A DNA stretch of 64,000 nucleotides from assembly GCA_963695855.1 (NCBI GenBank), contig CAVOHZ010000008.1:128001-192000 (forward strand), given 5' to 3'. Below, piece by piece: positions 35,006 through 44,948 of the stretch. A program made the translations under genes and the position numbers. The DNA comes from an uncultured Nitrososphaerales archaeon. Its GTDB lineage: Archaea; Thermoproteota; Nitrososphaeria; Nitrososphaerales; Nitrososphaeraceae. Every line of letters starts with the position of its first letter. Position 1 is the stretch's first letter. The notes below the pieces were generated by a model that was given only the letters and a program-made list of their open reading frames with translations, ran no database searches and was not told the DNA's origin.

Positions 35006-35503
35006 TTGAAGAACTTGAACATATCAATTGTTTTCGCTTCAGTATTCCTGACAATAAGTTTTCTTTTTTTAATAACTCTTTTCTCCCCACTAACTGCAAA
35101 TGCACAAAAGATAATTGGGAACTATGAAGATAATTTTAAATACTATGAGAAATTGAGTCTAGGCAATAAATACACGATACAGAAAACCTGTGGAGATTCA
35201 TTTTTGTCACAAAATAAAGGAGGACCATTATCCCAAGATATAGTCTCAGATCTCAACAGGTATTTATCTCAAAATCCCATAGCAATAGGTGATGAGCCCC
35301 TAACAAAAGTAAAAAATGTTGATGGATTATGTATACTTATTAACTTAGTAAAATCACAAGGTAATGAGGAAAGAATAGCTAATGCGGAACAAATAAGAAA
35401 TATCCTCAATGCCGCTTTACAAGAAAAACAGAATCAGCTTGTAACAAACGATCTAATCATCAATTTATTACAGTTAGGTCTAATTGAACCTTCTGATGAC
35501 TAA
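35006..35503 (+). CDS. Secreted hypothetical protein
   Basis: Signal peptide ending TANA; 165 aa. Confidence 0.65.
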   Translation: MKNLNISIVFASVFLTISFLFLITLFSPLTANAQKIIGNYEDNFKYYEKLSLGNKYTIQKTCGDSFLSQNKGGPLSQDIVSDLNRYLSQNPIAIGDEPLTKVKNVDGLCILINLVKSQGNEERIANAEQIRNILNAALQEKQNQLVTNDLIINLLQLGLIEPSDD

Positions 35504-35951
35504 ATTCTAGGATAATATTTTTTTATTTTTCTTTAAATTTGATTGATAATATCCAATGATTTAGATTAGTTTCAATGAATATTTTAGTTTCCTCCATAAA
35601 TATATCTATTAATATATTTTTTAGTAGAAAGGTAAAGAAAAGATTATTAATAATATATGATGTTACATAAAAGAAGGATATTATTTTGATATTAAAGATA
35701 ATATAAAGAAAAAGATTTGTGTAGCACTAGCAAAGAGATCTTTATGTAAATACAATACGAACTTTTTTATTAATAAAATTACATAGGAATTATTAAAAGA
35801 TATAAAATAAAAATAGGCAGTTTATTAAATATATCAGAAGAAACATTATATATTATAAATAATTACATATAATATTTTTTCAATAATAATACAAGCATCG
35901 TAAGGCAAATTTTAAAGCAATAATCACTTAAATCTCTAGGTATTCAAAAGT

Positions 35952-36018
35952 AATTGGTTTCACTTTATAGAATGGAACCGAAATTTAAGTCAAATTTGTT
36001 TCACATCCCACTGGCCCC
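35952..36018 (+). repeat. Recombination-site family, complete B-type site (B4) containing the A left arm and spacer
   Basis: AATTGGTTTCACTTTATAGAATGGAACCGAAATTTAAGTCAAATTTGTTTCACATCCCACTGGCCCC. Confidence 0.88.
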
Positions 36019-36127
36019 ATATAGCGTAAGGGGACAGTTAAAGTATAAGAAGATTATACCAGACAGAACAACAACAAACTATCTTTTATTTTCAATTTAC
36101 ATTTAAATAGATATATTCGTATGGTAG

Positions 36128-36164
36128 TCGAGTCCCACTCCCGGCGCTCAACTCGCGGAGTCTA
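36128..36164 (+). repeat. tRNA-3'-like att fragment, family 2, copy 1
   Basis: TCGAGTCCCACTCCCGGCGCTCAACTCGCGGAGTCTA; direct repeat of 39176-39216. Confidence 0.75.
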
Positions 36165-36412
36165 CTAAGATTATGTCATTTTCAAATATTTTAGTTGTAA
36201 GTATTATCAGATTCAATTTTTCTGCCATTCTTGGCATTTCAATATTCATTTAAAATAGTTTGCAACAGTCATATCTCTTCTTTTAATTAATTAATTAATC
36301 TATTACGCTAACGATATTCAATCAATAGAGGAGAGTTTGGTAAAGCAGTCAAGAAGGTATTAGCATTAGAATATTCGAATACAAATCTAACCACATATTT
36401 GTTTTTTATCTT

Positions 36413-36631
36413 TTATTTGATTTCAATAATTAATTCACATTTTACGTTCAACTTGGAATGATATTTTTCTATTGCTTCCTTGCTTGAAGCATCTAACATG
36501 TAATAACATAGGTCTGCATCTCGATTGAAGTAAGTGTTAATATTCCTAATCTCACCTCTTGTATGCGTTTTTACCAAACATTCTATCTGCGAGACTTTAT
36601 GGACATCAAGAAATACTGGCATATATCTCAC
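36413..36631 (-). CDS. DUF4242/SCO4226-like small protein
   Basis: MPVFLDVH...CYYMLDASSKEAIEKYH...CELIIEI. Confidence 0.7.
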   Translation of the reverse strand: MRYMPVFLDVHKVSQIECLVKTHTRGEIRNINTYFNRDADLCYYMLDASSKEAIEKYHSKLNVKCELIIEIK

Positions 36632-36723
36632 TAACTATAACTATGCAACAACTCTAATCAAGGTTAATGCTAGGTGATACAGGCAAGTAAAAGACATCGG
36701 AATGCAAAGTCTAATTCCACTAT

Positions 36724-37644
36724 TTATCCATAATTAACCTCTTCCTTTGGCGATATTTCGTGTAAACCCAGGTGTACTGCTTCTGGGTTCGAGTCCCACT
36801 CCCGGCGCGCGCCACATTCTATTTGAAATAGTCTGCCATTTAGAAATCTTGATACGGTTCTATTAAATTCCTCTACTTTCTCTACATGAGGATAATGACC
36901 ACACTCATCAAATATTACAAGTCTGGAATTGGGAGTTTTAAATTTTTCTGCATATCTTAGAGGCATTAGTTTATCATTTCTTCCCCAAATTATCAATGTA
37001 GGTGTATTAATATTTAGTCTATCAGCGAGCTGAGGATGATTTTTAAGTGATATTAAAGTAGACATGAAAGCAAACTTTGAATTACTCAGATTCATCCTCT
37101 TAATAAAATCTTGGATTGAATCTTCTGTAATCATACGCGGATCATACACCATCTCATAGTATGCTGTTGCCACATTATAGAACGTGGGATAGAGTGCAGC
37201 AGAAATATATTGGTTCAAAGCTGGTGTTATATGATTCATCATTCCAGCTGGCGATATTAAAACCAGTTTGTTTATATCTTTGGGAAATCTAATAGTATAT
37301 TCTAACGCTAAAAGTCCCCCAAACGAGGAACCCATAAGATGTAAATTATCAATCTCCATAATTTGAAGGACTCTTTGAATAAATTTTATAAAAAAATCCA
37401 TATTGTATTCTGCATGAGGTTTATCACTGTACCCAAAACCAATTATATCTGGTACTAATAGTCGATAAAATTTAGATAAAAATGGTATTATTTCTGACCA
37501 GCGGTCTAATGATCCTCCCAAGCCATGGAGCAGAAGCAGTGTTGATTTTTTTGGATTGCTATTCTTTTTACCGGTGTCTAGGTATCTAATTGAATAATCA
37601 TCAACTTTCATTGTCGCAATATCGCGGTCAATCAAACTATACAA
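36724..37644 (-). CDS. Alpha/beta-fold hydrolase
   Basis: LLHGLGG, PDIIGFGYSDKP, GSSFGG nucleophile, WGRND, CGHYPHVE. Confidence 0.92.
   Translation of the reverse strand: MYSLIDRDIATMKVDDYSIRYLDTGKKNSNPKKSTLLLLHGLGGSLDRWSEIIPFLSKFYRLLVPDIIGFGYSDKPHAEYNMDFFIKFIQRVLQIMEIDNLHLMGSSFGGLLALEYTIRFPKDINKLVLISPAGMMNHITPALNQYISAALYPTFYNVATAYYEMVYDPRMITEDSIQDFIKRMNLSNSKFAFMSTLISLKNHPQLADRLNINTPTLIIWGRNDKLMPLRYAEKFKTPNSRLVIFDECGHYPHVEKVEEFNRTVSRFLNGRLFQIECGARREWDSNPEAVHLGLHEISPKEEVNYG
36785..36808 (+). repeat. tRNA-3'-like fragment (T-loop + acceptor strand), family 2, copy 2
   Basis: GGGTTCGAGTCCCACTCCCGGCGC with no cognate 5' half upstream. Confidence 0.75.
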
Positions 37645-38585
37645 CTGATATCAGAACATCCTCCAATATTTTGTCCATTTGAATAAAATATAATTAAATT
37701 TGTAACATAATTACGAGAATTCAAATTTTTGGCCACTAGAAAAAGATATATACATAAAATAATATCTATCATATAATAGATCTTCACTTATAATATTTTG
37801 GCGACCTCTAGTATAAATGACTATAATTCAAAGATTTAGTGTTTCTTGCTCTATAAATCATAAATCTTCTTGATTGCTTCAAATAAAAACCAAATTCTCT
37901 GAAATAGTTGTAAAAATAATTTATCATTGTTTTGTATTTGAGTATACGTATTTTCATTTTTAATTTATAAAAATACTATTCTAAAAGAAGTAACAATCAC
38001 ATTTCACTTTTTCTATGATATTATCAGGTATGGATGTTTTTTTTAATACCTGTACTTGTTTCTATCCCAACTATCGCTGTTACACCCTGTTTAGTCCCTA
38101 TCTTTTCTGGACAGCTAAATTATCAATAATATTTTTAACTATAGTTTTTACCATTATCTTTGTAATGTAGCGAGAAAAGTGCCGAGGTTATCTCCAATAC
38201 GGGAAGAGGAATTATAGGATGAGTAGTAAGAAGAATTCTTACCGTTGTCGTCGTCTACTCCATAATTAGTTCTGTTCACAATAAATTTCATTAATTATAA
38301 ATCAACATGAGATAGAATATCTGTTGGACACAAATTTTAACCGATTGAGAAGAAGATGATGATGGCTAGGATGAAAATAGGGCTATATCATCTAGCTGTG
38401 TATCTATGAAGTACTAGAACAAAACTTTGTGTAACGGATACATATGTGTGAATGCTTAGTTTGGTAGCTAAATGAAGGATTTATTGTTATTCTTACTCTT
38501 GATTGATAAATTACATCTTATATTTATTTATTATATTTTTGACGAAATTATTATATATATTAGAGTTCCTTTATTTATATCAAAA

Positions 38586-39077
38586 ATGTCTGCAAGTGTA
38601 GGTAAACCTATTCCTCTTTTATCAGACATTGATAGAAAAATATTAAAGATTCTTCTTGTACCGAATGGAAATATACAATCCAACACGATAGCAAAAAATT
38701 TAGGAATTCCAATTACTACAGTTAGAAGGAGACGTAAGCGGTTAGAAAACGAATTTTTAAAAACATACCATGTCTTGGATATAGAGAAATTTGGATGGAG
38801 ACGTGTTGATTTCTTTATTTCAGTGAGAAATGGAAAGGTAAATACTGTCGCTAATAAGCTGATGGAAATAGATGAAGTAACATATGTAGGCAAAAGTATT
38901 GGAGAACATACAATTGATTTGAGAATAGAAACTATAGTTAAAGATAACATTGTACTTCTAGATCTGCTTGAAAAGATAAAAGGAATGGATGGAGTTGCTG
39001 ACGTGATATGGAGCGAGATTGTACATGTAATAGCTAGAAAAATATCCATTCCCTCTACAATTATTGACAAAATATAG
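38586..39077 (+). CDS. Lrp/AsnC family transcriptional regulator
   Basis: LSDIDRKILKIL...IAKNLGIPITTVRRRRKRLE HTH; RAM domain SIGEHTIDL; probable start ATG 38586. Confidence 0.9.
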   Translation: MSASVGKPIPLLSDIDRKILKILLVPNGNIQSNTIAKNLGIPITTVRRRRKRLENEFLKTYHVLDIEKFGWRRVDFFISVRNGKVNTVANKLMEIDEVTYVGKSIGEHTIDLRIETIVKDNIVLLDLLEKIKGMDGVADVIWSEIVHVIARKISIPSTIIDKI

Positions 39078-39175
39078 TAATAATAAAGATGGATTCCAGG
39101 TCACTAATTATCTTAAGATTTGGAAGTCTAATAATATTTTAATATTTGATAGTAGAACCCACATTTGATGAACAA

Positions 39176-39216
39176 GGGTTAGAATCCCACTCCCGGCGCT
39201 CAACTCGTGGAGTCTA
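39176..39216 (+). repeat. tRNA-3'-like att fragment, family 2, copy 3
   Basis: GGGTTAGAATCCCACTCCCGGCGCTCAACTCGTGGAGTCTA. Confidence 0.75.
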
Positions 39217-39369
39217 TCAATTACAAATATGAAGACAATTCAAAATTTATGAAGACAATTCAAAATTTTCAGCGATTTCTTATCTTAACAAATGTATATT
39301 TTGTTGTAGTGTAGAATTTGATTTTATTAAAGGCTTTATACTATTTTGGGAAAGTTGATTTTTTTTAAT

Positions 39370-41031
39370 CTAATTTTTATTGATTTTTTCTTTATTTAAT
39401 AACTTATTAAATGATGATATAATTTTTTTAAAATCGTCTTTGGTAGCATTAGATTTAGCAAATTCTACTAGATCAGTAATTTTCAAAGATTCTCTAATAT
39501 CATCAATAGGATAATAATTATGTTTTTGTAGTAATCTTATTAATTCTTCACTAGTTATTTCTCTTTTAAGACCTGCATCATGGCTCAAAAATAATCTAAT
39601 TGCTTTGCCGGCAGTTCCAAAAGCTTCCTTGTATTCTCCTTTATCATAATACTGTTGAGCTTGTGATATTAGTTTTTTTGATTCAATAATATGCTCAAAG
39701 GATTTTAATTTTGGAATTGGAGATGAATCATTAATAGTAAATGTTTTTTTCTTTTTTAAGAATTTTTTGATTACAAAATAAATAGATACAATAGATATGA
39801 TAGCCACAGCCAATAGTATGAACAAAGTTAGATTAGATGAGTTAGAACTGTTATCTTCTAATGTAACGCGCTTTATCTCATCATTTTCAAAATTTGCTGT
39901 GATTTTTGCATTATCGTGTTTTTGATTCTCATATTGAAGTATTATATTAGTTTCATTTTCATTATCTTGAAAATTGATATCATTTTGAGAATATCCTTCT
40001 GTGACTAACTGATTATGAAATTGTTGAAATAGCGTATTTTGTTTTAATTTTTCTAAAAGTTTTTCTTGTTGATCTTGTGTTTGTTGTTTGAGCTCAGTTA
40101 TTGTTCCGTTTTTCATATTTCCTTGTAATGTAGCCCATTTCCCATCTGTATTTTTGTATTTCATATCAAAACTGCCAGTATCATTAGACAAAGGTTTCAA
40201 AATACTGTTTGTAATGTTATAACCATTTTCTAAGAGTTTTTGGTGTCTATTTAGAAAATTATTATTAGATAATAATTGCTTTTCAAACTCTTTTTTTATT
40301 TGTTCTTGTTGTTGTACCTGTTTTTGTATTTGTTGTTTTAATGCATTGCTGTCTTGAGATAATTGGTTGTTTTGAAGACGTTGTTGCTGATTTTGTGATG
40401 GATTTTGTTGATTTCCAAGTAGTTCATTTAGTCTTTGTTCCATCTGTTGTTCTTGTTGAGAAAATAAATCTTGTTGATTTCCAAGTAGTTCATTTAGTCT
40501 TTGTTCCATCTGTTGTTCTTGTTGAGAAAATAAATCTTGTTTTTGAGATTGCGTGTTTGGTTGCTGAGATTGCGTGTTTGGTCGAGAAGAGCTTTGTATT
40601 TTATTTTGTTGATTATTTTTTTGAGAAGCATCAGATACAAAGTGAATTATTATAGGACCTAGAGAAACAGTTCGATCTCCATTTTCATTATAATTAAAAT
40701 TTAGATTCATGACTAAATTAGAAGGAGCATCAGAAGTACCTAAATTCAAGTAAATTTTTTGGTTTTCTTCATTTATTACAAGAGATTTTGCTTCTGTATT
40801 AGAATTTGAGAATTGAACATTTCCCTGGCTGATTTGCTGTGTTATAGTGTATTGTAACATGCCAGAAATCTGTTTTCCATAAGTGCTGTTTATTTCAATT
40901 GGAATTATAGCCTGTGCGCCAATCTTAAAATAATATTCAGTTTGTTCAGTTGAGAACAAAATATCCTGTGCATAAACAGCTTGAAGGGAAGCTAGAAAAA
41001 TAAATAGGGATAATAAAACAAATACTTTCAT
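39370..41031 (-). CDS. Q-rich single-pass membrane protein of the MoxR/Bat operon
   Basis: Signal peptide, 22-aa tandem duplication, TM helix, C-terminal DLVEFAK (BatD/DUF4381-like). Confidence 0.75.
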   Translation of the reverse strand: MKVFVLLSLFIFLASLQAVYAQDILFSTEQTEYYFKIGAQAIIPIEINSTYGKQISGMLQYTITQQISQGNVQFSNSNTEAKSLVINEENQKIYLNLGTSDAPSNLVMNLNFNYNENGDRTVSLGPIIIHFVSDASQKNNQQNKIQSSSRPNTQSQQPNTQSQKQDLFSQQEQQMEQRLNELLGNQQDLFSQQEQQMEQRLNELLGNQQNPSQNQQQRLQNNQLSQDSNALKQQIQKQVQQQEQIKKEFEKQLLSNNNFLNRHQKLLENGYNITNSILKPLSNDTGSFDMKYKNTDGKWATLQGNMKNGTITELKQQTQDQQEKLLEKLKQNTLFQQFHNQLVTEGYSQNDINFQDNENETNIILQYENQKHDNAKITANFENDEIKRVTLEDNSSNSSNLTLFILLAVAIISIVSIYFVIKKFLKKKKTFTINDSSPIPKLKSFEHIIESKKLISQAQQYYDKGEYKEAFGTAGKAIRLFLSHDAGLKREITSEELIRLLQKHNYYPIDDIRESLKITDLVEFAKSNATKDDFKKIISSFNKLLNKEKINKN

Positions 41032-41978
41032 TGTATTATTCTACCTCTACCATATCTCAAATAGATCTGTAAAAAGAAAATACCAAGTGCAAATACAAAA
41101 AACCAATCTTTAATGTTGGTTTCTTCTTTTTCTCGTTTTATATCAGTACTGATATTTTGATAAATCTCATTTAATGTCTTAATATCAACAGACTTGAAAT
41201 ATTTGCCACCTGTCTGCTCTGCAATAGATCTGAGTGTATCTTCGTCTAGTTCTGCATATTGCGGTCTACCAAAAAAATCATAACCAAGAAGAGTTTTTCC
41301 TCCTGAACCAAGACCAATTGTGTAAACTTGAATATTGTTTGATTTTGCAAAAGATACGGCTTCTGATGGAGAGATTACTCCTGCATTACTTACTCCATCG
41401 CTGAGTAAAATCACAACTTTTTTCTTATTTTGAATAGAGGTTGCCATATCAATTCCCAGACTTAATCCATCACCAATAGCCGTTTCACCGTTTGTTTGAG
41501 CAATATTAGAGAGTTTTTCTATAACCTTGTCCTTATTTGGACTCAAATATGCTGCAGTAGTTGCACCTGTCCCAAATATTACAATTCCAGCATTATCTTT
41601 AGGAGGTAATGACTCCACAAGAATTTTTGCAGAATTTTTTGCAGCCTCAAGCCTGTCAGGTTTATAATCTGTAGCTTGCATACTGCCTGAAACATCAATC
41701 ACAAGCACTACATTTACTCCTTCTTTACTTTGTTCCAGCGGTATGTGTGGATTAGCAAATCCTATAATCATCAATCCAATTGTTACCAAAGATAGATAAA
41801 ATAGCCATAAATCTCTCCGAGATTTTCTTTTATTTCCTATCGCAGATTTAATAAATTCTAAATTACTGAATTTTATCGCTTCCTTTCTCTTTTTAGATAT
41901 TATTTTATAATATAGAAAATACAATCCAGGAATAACAAGAAGCGCAATTAAAACAATCTGAGAATCGAATCCGGCCAA
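41028..41978 (-). CDS. VWA domain membrane protein (BatA-like)
   Basis: MIDAS DVSGSM, TAIGDG, LLSDG; N- and C-terminal TMs. Confidence 0.92.
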   Translation of the reverse strand: MAGFDSQIVLIALLVIPGLYFLYYKIISKKRKEAIKFSNLEFIKSAIGNKRKSRRDLWLFYLSLVTIGLMIIGFANPHIPLEQSKEGVNVVLVIDVSGSMQATDYKPDRLEAAKNSAKILVESLPPKDNAGIVIFGTGATTAAYLSPNKDKVIEKLSNIAQTNGETAIGDGLSLGIDMATSIQNKKKVVILLSDGVSNAGVISPSEAVSFAKSNNIQVYTIGLGSGGKTLLGYDFFGRPQYAELDEDTLRSIAEQTGGKYFKSVDIKTLNEIYQNISTDIKREKEETNIKDWFFVFALGIFFLQIYLRYGRGRIIQ

Positions 41979-41983
41979 AATTA

Positions 41984-42859
41984 TTATCTCCTAATTCTTT
42001 TTTTAAAGAATTTTCTTAAGGGGGTCTCGTAATTTTCATCAGATAAAATCTTTATAAAATCTACTTTCAATTTTATTAGATTTAAAATCAATTGTGACTC
42101 GTTATTTGATACAATCTCTGTATATTTTGTTTGAAATAGGGGATCAGATGTATCAACAAGAATCTGTTCTCCTGTTTCTTCATCTTCAAGCTGGATTAAT
42201 CCTATTTTTGGAATTTCTTGTTCACGTACATCAGAGATTTTTAATATAATAACATCATGCTTTTTCCTCAATATTTTTAATGGTTTTAGATAATCATTGG
42301 AATCAAAAAAATCCGAAAGTATAAACAAAATACAGCGTTTTTTTAGAATTTGTGAGACTTGAACTAGTGCTGTTTTCAAGTTAGTAGTCTTTGATTTTGG
42401 TTGGAAAGAAATGATTGAGCTTAGAATTTGTAGAACATGTTTTTTCCCCTTTCTTGCAGGAATAAATCTTTCAATTTTATCAGTAAATAAAAAAATACCA
42501 ATATTATCATTATTTCTCAGTGCTGCAAACATCAAGCTTGCTACAATTTCTAAAGCTTTTCTTTTTTTAGGAATTTTATTTCCAAAACTTCCAGAACCGG
42601 AGATATCTAAAAGAAAATATACTTGCAGATCTCGTTCTTCAACATATTCTTTAACGTAAGGTTGATTGTATCTAGCAGTAACATTCCAATCTATAGAACG
42701 TATATCGTCTCCTGACCTATATTCTCGAATTTCTGAAAACTCAATGCCTTGTCCTTTAAACGTGGAGTGATAATTTCCAGTTAGTAATTCATTCACTAAA
42801 TATTTTGTAGAAATTTCTAGTTTTTTGATTTGTTTTAGAATTTCTTGTGTTTGGTTCAT
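41984..42859 (-). CDS. DUF58 family protein
   Basis: GIEFSEIREYRSGDDIRSIDWNVTAR, DISGS, SDF. Confidence 0.93.
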   Translation of the reverse strand: MNQTQEILKQIKKLEISTKYLVNELLTGNYHSTFKGQGIEFSEIREYRSGDDIRSIDWNVTARYNQPYVKEYVEERDLQVYFLLDISGSGSFGNKIPKKRKALEIVASLMFAALRNNDNIGIFLFTDKIERFIPARKGKKHVLQILSSIISFQPKSKTTNLKTALVQVSQILKKRCILFILSDFFDSNDYLKPLKILRKKHDVIILKISDVREQEIPKIGLIQLEDEETGEQILVDTSDPLFQTKYTEIVSNNESQLILNLIKLKVDFIKILSDENYETPLRKFFKKRIRR

Positions 42860-42889
42860 TGGATCACTTTTAGATGATTATAACAACAC

Positions 42890-43891
42890 CTAAGGGAGAG
42901 GAATTTTCTCGAGAATAGTTTTAATTATTTGATCACTAGTAATGTATTCAGCTTCTGCCTCATAGGTAAGAATAATTCTATGTCGTAGTACATCATAGGC
43001 AATATCTTGAATATCTTGTGGAATTACATATCCCCTTCCATTAAGAATTGCATTGGATTTTGCACCCACCGTGAGCCAGAGAGAAGCCCGGGGTGATGCA
43101 CCATACTCTATCTTGTTGTCAATATCAAGATCATAATCTTCTGGATGTCTTGTCGCGTCAACAATCTGTGCAACATATTCACGAATTTTTTGATCGGTAT
43201 AAATTCGGTGATTGAATTTTTGAATTTCTATTAATTTATCAGCAGAGATTGTTTTTTGTATTTTAACATCAATGCCTTCTGTGAATCTATGAATAATTTT
43301 TGATTCTTCATCTTTTCGAGGATACGAAATCAATAGTTTAAACATGAATCGATCAATTTGTGCTTCAGGTAGTTTGTAGGTACCTTCTGATTCAATAGGA
43401 TTTTGGGTAGCCATAACAAAAAATGGTTCCTTAAGTGGAAACGTCTCGCCTTGTATGGTTACTTGTTTTTCTTGCATTGCTTCTAACAATGCTGATTGGA
43501 CTTTTGGAGGTGCTCTGTTTATTTCATCTGCTAAAACAAAATTAGAAAAGATTGGTCCTTTTACTGTCCTAAATGAGGTAGAATTATGATCGTAAATTTT
43601 GGTTCCAATGATATCTGCAGGCAATAAATCAGGAGTGAATTGTAATCTCACAAAATTGGAATCAATGCATTCTGATAATGTCTTAATCAATAAAGTTTTG
43701 GCAAGACCTGGAACTCCCTCTAATAATACATGACCCTTTGACATCAACGCCAATATTAATTTGACAATGATTTTATCTTGACCTACAATTACTTTACTGA
43801 TCTCATTGTGTACATTAGAAAGAAGTTGGCAATATTGTTCGGCTTTCCGGTTTAGCTCTTCAACTTCTGGATTCAACATATCAGTCATCAT
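42890..43891 (-). CDS. moxR: MoxR family AAA+ ATPase
   Basis: GVPGLAKT Walker A, QFTPDLLPAD, DEINRAPPKVQSALLEAMQE, ATQNPIE. Confidence 0.95.
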   Translation of the reverse strand: MMTDMLNPEVEELNRKAEQYCQLLSNVHNEISKVIVGQDKIIVKLILALMSKGHVLLEGVPGLAKTLLIKTLSECIDSNFVRLQFTPDLLPADIIGTKIYDHNSTSFRTVKGPIFSNFVLADEINRAPPKVQSALLEAMQEKQVTIQGETFPLKEPFFVMATQNPIESEGTYKLPEAQIDRFMFKLLISYPRKDEESKIIHRFTEGIDVKIQKTISADKLIEIQKFNHRIYTDQKIREYVAQIVDATRHPEDYDLDIDNKIEYGASPRASLWLTVGAKSNAILNGRGYVIPQDIQDIAYDVLRHRIILTYEAEAEYITSDQIIKTILEKIPLP

Positions 43892-43932
43892 ACTTCTTCA
43901 ACTTCTGGATTCAACATTTCAGTCATAATACT
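43857..43932. repeat. 38-bp tandem duplication spanning the moxR start
   Basis: TCTTCAACTTCTGGATTCAACATATCAGTCATCATACT x2 with 2 mismatches. Confidence 0.85.
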
Positions 43933-44037
43933 AAGAAAACTAGTATGTCAATTTTCATATAAATATTATTTAACAACGTTCTCTAATGAATTGGATTATA
44001 TAAAAATCAAGGTGTTTGTTATATTTTGTAAAAAAAT

Positions 44038-44080
44038 AACTGGTCCCACTTTATAGAAGGGTTCAAATCCCACTGGCCCC
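44038..44080 (+). repeat. Recombination-site family, A-type left site (A5), consensus copy
   Basis: AACTGGTCCCACTTTATAGAAGGGTTCAAATCCCACTGGCCCC. Confidence 0.93.
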
Positions 44081-44250
44081 GTTGTGATAATAGTTCTAAA
44101 ATTGGATTCACTAGAAAGAAAATAGGTGAATCAAAAAATAAAATGAAAATAGAACAGAGTTATGAAGAATCTAATGTATATTCATTATTTGAATATGATC
44201 AATTACTTTGCTTATGAATTATTAAATAATATCTTTATCTGATAAGTTTA

Positions 44251-44733
44251 GTGAAGGATAAGAATAACTTAGATAATAGAACTGCTTTAAATAAATATCA
44301 TCTTCCAGTACCAAAGAATTCCATTCAAAGAATTGATAGAAACACATCACCTGCTCATATAGGAAAGTTAAGAAATGCAATAGACTTTCTAGTTCCAGAA
44401 AATACCCCTGTATTAGCAGCAAGCGATGGAACAGTAACACTTGTTAATGATGACTCAATAATAGGTGGTCCAAGCGCTGCTTATTGGAACTTTTCTAATT
44501 TTATTTTAATTATGCATAAGAATAAAGAATGGTCAAGATATGATCATCTCAGATTTAATAGTTCTACTGTAAAAGAAGGACAAAAGGTTAAACAAGGACA
44601 GAAAATTGCGGAAGTAGGTATGACTGGTTATACATATATTCCGCATCTACATTTTCAAATCTCGATATTTGATGGTCCTAATATTTGGACAGATTTTGAC
44701 ACATTAATAGTTGAAGATTTTATAGATTCATAA
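44251..44733 (+). CDS. M23 family metallopeptidase
   Basis: H...AIDF, VLAASDGTV, YDHL, GMTG..YIPHLHF. Confidence 0.92.
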   Translation: MKDKNNLDNRTALNKYHLPVPKNSIQRIDRNTSPAHIGKLRNAIDFLVPENTPVLAASDGTVTLVNDDSIIGGPSAAYWNFSNFILIMHKNKEWSRYDHLRFNSSTVKEGQKVKQGQKIAEVGMTGYTYIPHLHFQISIFDGPNIWTDFDTLIVEDFIDS

Positions 44734-44900
44734 ATATTTAAGAAAAAAATACTTATATTTTTGAAAATGATTGAATATGAAAACGTGTTAGAGCTATTCT
44801 TTGATAAGGGTTATCGTTTAGATCTTTAATAAAAAATAAGTTACATAAATAAAGATTTTAGAATTAACGCATAAGATCCAAGATAGGTACAAAATTCTAG

Positions 44901-44948
44901 AATGAGACCAGAATCTGTGTTAAATTTGTTTTACAAACCACTGGCTCC
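44901..44948 (+). repeat. Recombination-site family, B-type left site (B5)
   Basis: AATGAGACCAGAATCTGTGTTAAATTTGTTTTACAAACCACTGGCTCC. Confidence 0.75.

Noticed and set aside
36740-36810. Complete tRNA gene ending at CCCGGCG
   Set aside because: No GCCGGGA 5' acceptor strand, D-arm or anticodon arm upstream; only the 3' fragment is present.
44000-44085. Complete tRNA at A-type sites
   Set aside because: No GGGGCCA 5' strand, and only three T-stem pairs can form.
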